Positions 60,333 to 64,000 of a DNA stretch of 64,000 nt are shown here, piece after piece. This stretch comes from a virus. The notes under the pieces are model-generated. The model did not search any database and was not told the origin of the DNA. It was given only the letters and a program-made list of their open reading frames with translations. The translations under genes were made by a program, and so were the position numbers. The stretch is taken from positions 42,315 to 106,314 of IMG/VR virus record IMGVR_UViG_3300045996_002876; one strand, written 5' to 3'. Every line of letters starts with the position of its first letter. The first letter of the stretch is position 1.

Positions 60333-61433
60333 CTAGAAGGGGCACTTGTCGTCCACCGTCGCGGCGATCAGCTCGCGGGCGGCCGCGTCCAGCTGGTCGA
60401 GGGCCTGGCGGAACCGGACGACGGCCGAGTGCGGGTGGTCCAGGTCGCCCAGGACCAGCCGGGCGTAGTCGTCCCGCGTCCCGAACTGCTCCCGGAACTC
60501 GGCCAGGACCCACGGGCCCCGGATGGACACCACGTAGTTCGTGTTCGGGACGGCGATCCGGGTCTGGATGCTATCGGGGGACATTCTGGCTTCTCCTTGA
60601 ATCCTCAGAATCGTGATTAAACGCTCGCTGAGCCCCGATCGTCGCTTGGGCGACGATCGGGGCGGCTCCGGGGGCGATCGGGGGGCCTAGCGGCCCAGGG
60701 TGGCCTTCATGTGGCTGATGGCCCGCTTCTTTGCGAGCAGGGCCCGGACCTGGGCCTTGGTGGCCTGGGCGGTGAGCTTGTCGGCCTCGGACAGGCGGGG
60801 CTTGTCCTCGGCCCCGAGTAGACGCTCGAACTGGCGGCGGGCGGGGCTGGCGTAGGTGGCGACGCGGACCATCTCTGTCTCCTTTGTGTGTGGCGAGGGG
60901 TCACCATCGGGGCGGTTACTCCGTCAGGCACCCGCGGGTGGCGTGGACGATGGCCCGGCGGGCGGCGGCCAGCAGGTGGGCCCCGAGGACGTAGTCCATC
61001 CCGGCCTCCCCGGCCCCGACGTCCCAGACCCCCACGTGGAAGAACTGGTCGGGGGAGATCCGCCCGAGGGTGTAGGCCAGGGCCTGGGCCTCGGTGACCT
61101 TCCGCCCGCGGACCTCGTTGGCCCGCGTCAACATCTCGGCCGACCAGACGGTCTCGTAGGCCCCGTTCACGGGGGCCTGGATGACGACTCTCATTTCCGA
61201 ACTCCTTGGGGTTCCAGAACCGCCGGGGGCACGTCCTACAGACGTGCCCCCGGCGTCCGGGGGTGGCGTGCGGCGGCGGTATCAACGCGGGGCGGTAGCC
61301 CCTCCGGGGGGCGGCATGCCCCCGCGGCCTTCGGTCAGGACACCCCGGTCAGCTTCGACCAGGCCAGGTACAGGAGGCGGCCGCCCACCAGGGTGAGGAC
61401 GACGACGCCGAGGATCGCTTCGAGGACGGCCAT
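60333..61433 (-). CDS. Small early genes: 60333-60584, 60687-60872, 60916-61194, 61335-61433 (TM)
   Basis: Each is preceded by a GGAG SD. Confidence 0.6.
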
Positions 61434-61520
61434 ACGGTAACTCCCACGGGGTTCGGTGTGTGTTCCGCGAGTCGTCCCGTGGGCGGTTACTTCCGGCCGG
61501 CCCCGCCGGGGGCGACGACC

Positions 61521-61558
61521 AAAAGAAAGAGGGCCGGGCCCACGTGGGCCCGGCCCTC
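61521..61558 (-). terminator. Intrinsic terminator
   Basis: Perfect 30-bp palindrome followed by TTTCTTTT on the minus strand. Confidence 0.8.
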
Positions 61559-61576
61559 CGGGAGGCCGGCCGCCGG

Positions 61577-62647
61577 TCACCACGTCTCGCACAGGGCGAC
61601 GTCCCGCGTCGGGCGGCTCACCTTCACCAGGGTGGACTTCCGCCGGGCGTCGGCGTCCACCAGGTCGCAGAACCGCCCCAGGTCCAGCGGCGGCGGGACG
61701 TCCTCCCCCATCCGCTCGGCCGCGTCCAGGACGGCGTTCGCCATCTTCCGGACGTCCGCCATCAGCGAGCCGAGCCGGTCGTCCCGGACGCCCGCCGGGA
61801 CGTGGGCCATCACCCCCGCGACCGTCTCGTACACCCACGCCACCGGCCCCAGGTCGCTGTCGGCCGGCACGCACAGCTCGCCGTTCTCCACCACCCGCGT
61901 GTACAGCTCGCGGAGTTCGGACGCGGCCCACAGGACGGCGTCCCAGGCGTGCCGGTCCACGAACTCCAGCCCGGTGGCGGTGAACTCGGGGAGCCACCGG
62001 CCGGGCAGCTCCAGCCGCTTCTCCCCGTCCGCCGCGGCCACCACGATCATCGCCCCCTTCACGAACGTGCCCGCCTTGTGGGACTCGTAGGTGGCGTCCG
62101 TCCGCCGGGCCTTGATCCGCGCCAGGATCGCATGGCACTCGTGCCGGGCGGGCAACCAGTCCCGCCCCTCCGACCCCCACGCCCGGCCGGCCAGCCGCCC
62201 GTCGTCCGGCGTCTCGTCCAGGGACGGGATGAACCCGCTCTCGCGGGCCCCCTCGACGAACGCCCCGCCGGCCCCCACGTCCCCCTCCCGCTCGGCCGCG
62301 TTCGCCGCCAGCTGGGCCTCCCGCACGGCCCGCTCCCGCCGCCCCCAGTGGGCCGCCCCCGCCGGCGTCGACAGCCACCCCGCCACCGCCCGGCTGACCG
62401 GCCCGTCCCCGCCGGCCACGTACCCCAGGTACCCGGCGTCCACGTCCGCGAACCCCACCCCCGCGAGCCGCTCGGCCCAGCGGCCGTTCGGCCACTGGAA
62501 CAGCCTGCCCTCCCCCGCCCGCTCCCGCTCCCACGCCCCCGAGAGCTGGGCCAGGTAGTCCGCCGGCCCCGGCTCGAACGCGTCCGGGAACGTCCGGACC
62601 CACCCCTTCGGGAACGCCACCACCGCCGCCGTGTTCGCCGTACCCAT
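61577..62647 (-). CDS. Hypothetical protein (356 aa)
   Basis: ORF with SD GGAG; G-ending codon bias. Confidence 0.75.
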   Translation of the reverse strand: MGTANTAAVVAFPKGWVRTFPDAFEPGPADYLAQLSGAWERERAGEGRLFQWPNGRWAERLAGVGFADVDAGYLGYVAGGDGPVSRAVAGWLSTPAGAAHWGRRERAVREAQLAANAAEREGDVGAGGAFVEGARESGFIPSLDETPDDGRLAGRAWGSEGRDWLPARHECHAILARIKARRTDATYESHKAGTFVKGAMIVVAAADGEKRLELPGRWLPEFTATGLEFVDRHAWDAVLWAASELRELYTRVVENGELCVPADSDLGPVAWVYETVAGVMAHVPAGVRDDRLGSLMADVRKMANAVLDAAERMGEDVPPPLDLGRFCDLVDADARRKSTLVKVSRPTRDVALCETW

Positions 62648-62747
62648 GACTGTCTCCCTCTGGTGAAGCGGCTCCCCCCTCGGGAGCCGTAACCCGCCGG
62701 CCGGGAGTCGAACCCGGCGAAGCCGTGCGGCGGGTGGACGGCGGCCC

Positions 62748-63044
62748 CTACCGGGACCACGTCCAGACCGGCCCCCGCCGGTACCCCAGGTACCGGAGGA
62801 GAGACCGCATGTTCTCCCGCCCCCGCTCGCCGTACTCCCGCGGGTCTTCCCGGAAGAGCTCGGCGTCCAGTTGGAACTCGACCGTCGGCCAGAACCCGGC
62901 CGGCTCGGCGACGGTCAGCCCCTCCAGCCAGCAGAAGTCTTCCCCGTGGTCCCAGCCCGCGATCCGAATGACCACCTCCCCCTCGGAGAGCATCCACTCG
63001 AAGTCCGCGACGGCCTCCCGCGAAGAAACGCTCGTACCTGCCAT
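62748..63044 (-). CDS. Hypothetical protein, first gene of the leftward block
   Basis: SD GGGAG; normal composition. Confidence 0.65.
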   Translation of the reverse strand: MAGTSVSSREAVADFEWMLSEGEVVIRIAGWDHGEDFCWLEGLTVAEPAGFWPTVEFQLDAELFREDPREYGERGRENMRSLLRYLGYRRGPVWTWSR

Positions 63045-63118
63045 GCCCAGTCTCCCTCGACCGGTGAGTTCGTACCCCGAACTCCCCCTCGGTCCCCCGG
63101 AGGGCCCGACTAGGCGGA

Positions 63119-63787
63119 AGGTTCCCGAGGCTCGGCGAGGGAAACCCGCTCGCCGGCGTCAACCCCGGAGCGGAGCGGACCGGAGCCCGGAGGCTTTGCG
63201 GAGGGCGAAGGGGAGCGCAGCGGAGCTCGCGAGGAGCGGAGTCGGATTCGTACGGGGAAGTGTCAACCCGGCGGGGCGGGCCAATAGAATCCGACGAGCA
63301 CCGCAGGGGTTGACGTAGTCGGTCATAATAACAGGACCGAGGAGGAGGAGGCCCCCAGCGAGGCCGATCCCCCGCCCGAGGCTTTGCGAGGGCGGCGGGG
63401 ACGGCCGAGCTCTGGGGGGCCGGGGGGAAACCCCCGGTTCGGCGCAGCCGAAGCCCGCGGCACACCTGGGGGTCGACCCCCCGGAGCGGAAGCCGCCCGA
63501 GCGTAAGCGAAGGGCGACGCGCTCGCGGAGGGGGGTCGCCGGAGAGCCGGGGCTAGCGGGAGCCGGCCCCCCTCTTCGGCCACGGGTATTGGCGGGCAGG
63601 AGGGCGGAGGGTTCCGGGGCAGTCGTGTAGGCTCCCGAGGCTCTGCGAGGGAGGCCCGACTGCCCCGGAGCCCGGAGCCCGGCCGCCAGGTCTTCGGCTC
63701 GGCTCGGGTCGTCGGTCACGGGCGGCCGGGGGCGGAGGGGTGGCCGGGCGGACTCGCAGGTTCCCGAGGCTTTGCGAGGGAAACCCG
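63119..63787 (+). repeat. Five dispersed copies of a CCCGAGGCTTTGCGAGGG-like repeat
   Basis: Copies at 63124, 63186, 63375, 63634 and 63763; 63119-63148 and 63758-63787 are near-identical 30-mers. Confidence 0.85.
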
Positions 63788-63861
63788 TCCGCCCGGCCAC
63801 CCCGGAGCCCGACCGCCTTCCCCTCTTGGCTCGGGGCTTCCCTCCGCGCCGCCACCAAAGA

Positions 63862-63913
63862 GACTCTGCCGGGGGCTGCCCGGAGTCGGCGGAGGGCAGC
63901 CCCCGGCAGAGTC
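63862..63913. repeat. 20-bp perfect inverted repeat with 12-nt loop
   Basis: gactctgccgggggctgccc / gggcagcccccggcagagtc. Confidence 0.85.
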
Positions 63914-64000
63914 AGGGGCCGGCGTCGGGGTGGGCCCGCCCCCGGCCGGGGGCGGAGGCGGGCGGAGGGGTGGGCGGGGCGCACCCCCCCCCCCCCCCCC

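Larger units (their letters stand above)
1..64000. mobile_element. Segment of a dsDNA tailed bacteriophage genome, likely Planctomycetota host
   Basis: Terminase, PolA, primase-helicase, YqaJ/RecT pair, dUTPase, PhoH and several homing endonucleases; dense small overlapping ORFs in long co-oriented blocks; no host housekeeping operons. Confidence 0.93.

Noticed and set aside
47137-61492. AAGTAACC junction motif as integron attC cassettes
   Set aside because: It lacks the RYYYAAC...GTTRRRY paired structure, and no integron integrase is present.
3070-61492. AAAGT/GTAACC motif as a sigma28 or ECF -35 element
   Set aside because: No partner -10 element at a fixed spacing could be found across copies by eye.
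2589-63465. Many long Pro/Arg/Gly-rich ORFs in the track (e.g. 2589-4775, 11374-13131 portion, 32819-35194 upstream portion, 35684-38080, 52419-54230, 54570-56621)
   Set aside because: These are shadow frames caused by high GC. They overlap motif-bearing genes in another frame or strand and have low-complexity composition.
63119-63787. Terminal repeats as a CRISPR array
   Set aside because: Repeats are about 18 bp with irregular spacing (about 60-260 bp), and no cas genes are present.
63984-64000. Terminal C17 homopolymer
   Set aside because: It sits at the window edge and may be a sequencing or assembly artefact; it cannot be interpreted without reads.
1-64000. tRNA/rRNA genes, reverse transcriptase/DGR, integrase, lysis and structural genes
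   Set aside because: No supporting motifs were recognised by inspection; very divergent examples could have been missed.

Overview
This is a very GC-rich (roughly 70% by eye) 64-kb segment of a large dsDNA tailed-phage genome, probably ending at or near a genome or contig terminus. It has three transcriptional blocks. (1) 1-4309 on the minus strand: small ORFs, a YqaJ-type exonuclease and a tandem ribbon-helix-helix regulator. (2) 4492-26767 on the plus strand: a replication, nucleotide-metabolism and packaging operon with a RecT-like annealase, SSB-like protein, primase-helicase, minimal nucleotidyltransferase, PRTase, HslV-like protease, family A DNA polymerase, Dam-like MTase, dNTP hydrolases, PhoH, dUTPase, RuvC-like resolvase and terminase subunits, closed by a bidirectional terminator. 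(3) 26881-63044 on the minus strand: about 80 mostly small early/accessory genes, followed by about 950 bp of repeat- and hairpin-rich non-coding DNA. No capsid, portal, tail, integrase, tRNA or CRISPR was recognised. TIGR02996 domains, a planctomycete-type RimI, a planctomycete-type LexA N-domain and a Gemmataceae-like hypothetical protein point to a Planctomycetota (Gemmataceae-like) host; this is inference from recalled family motifs, and no search was run. The most notable signals are: stand-alone TIGR02996 proteins that may act as decoys; helically phased TCNNGA arrays at about 9 upstream regions, several overlapping sigma70 -35 boxes, with a candidate tandem-RHH repressor; a transcription-oriented CAAAGTG/AAGTAACC motif at about 20 gene junctions; three peptidase-less LexA-like proteins; a split GATase/amidoligase/GGCT system; an array of small SH3-like paralogues; and several apparent CTG starts. 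Many start coordinates were re-chosen from the ORF track using SD sequences and overlap logic.
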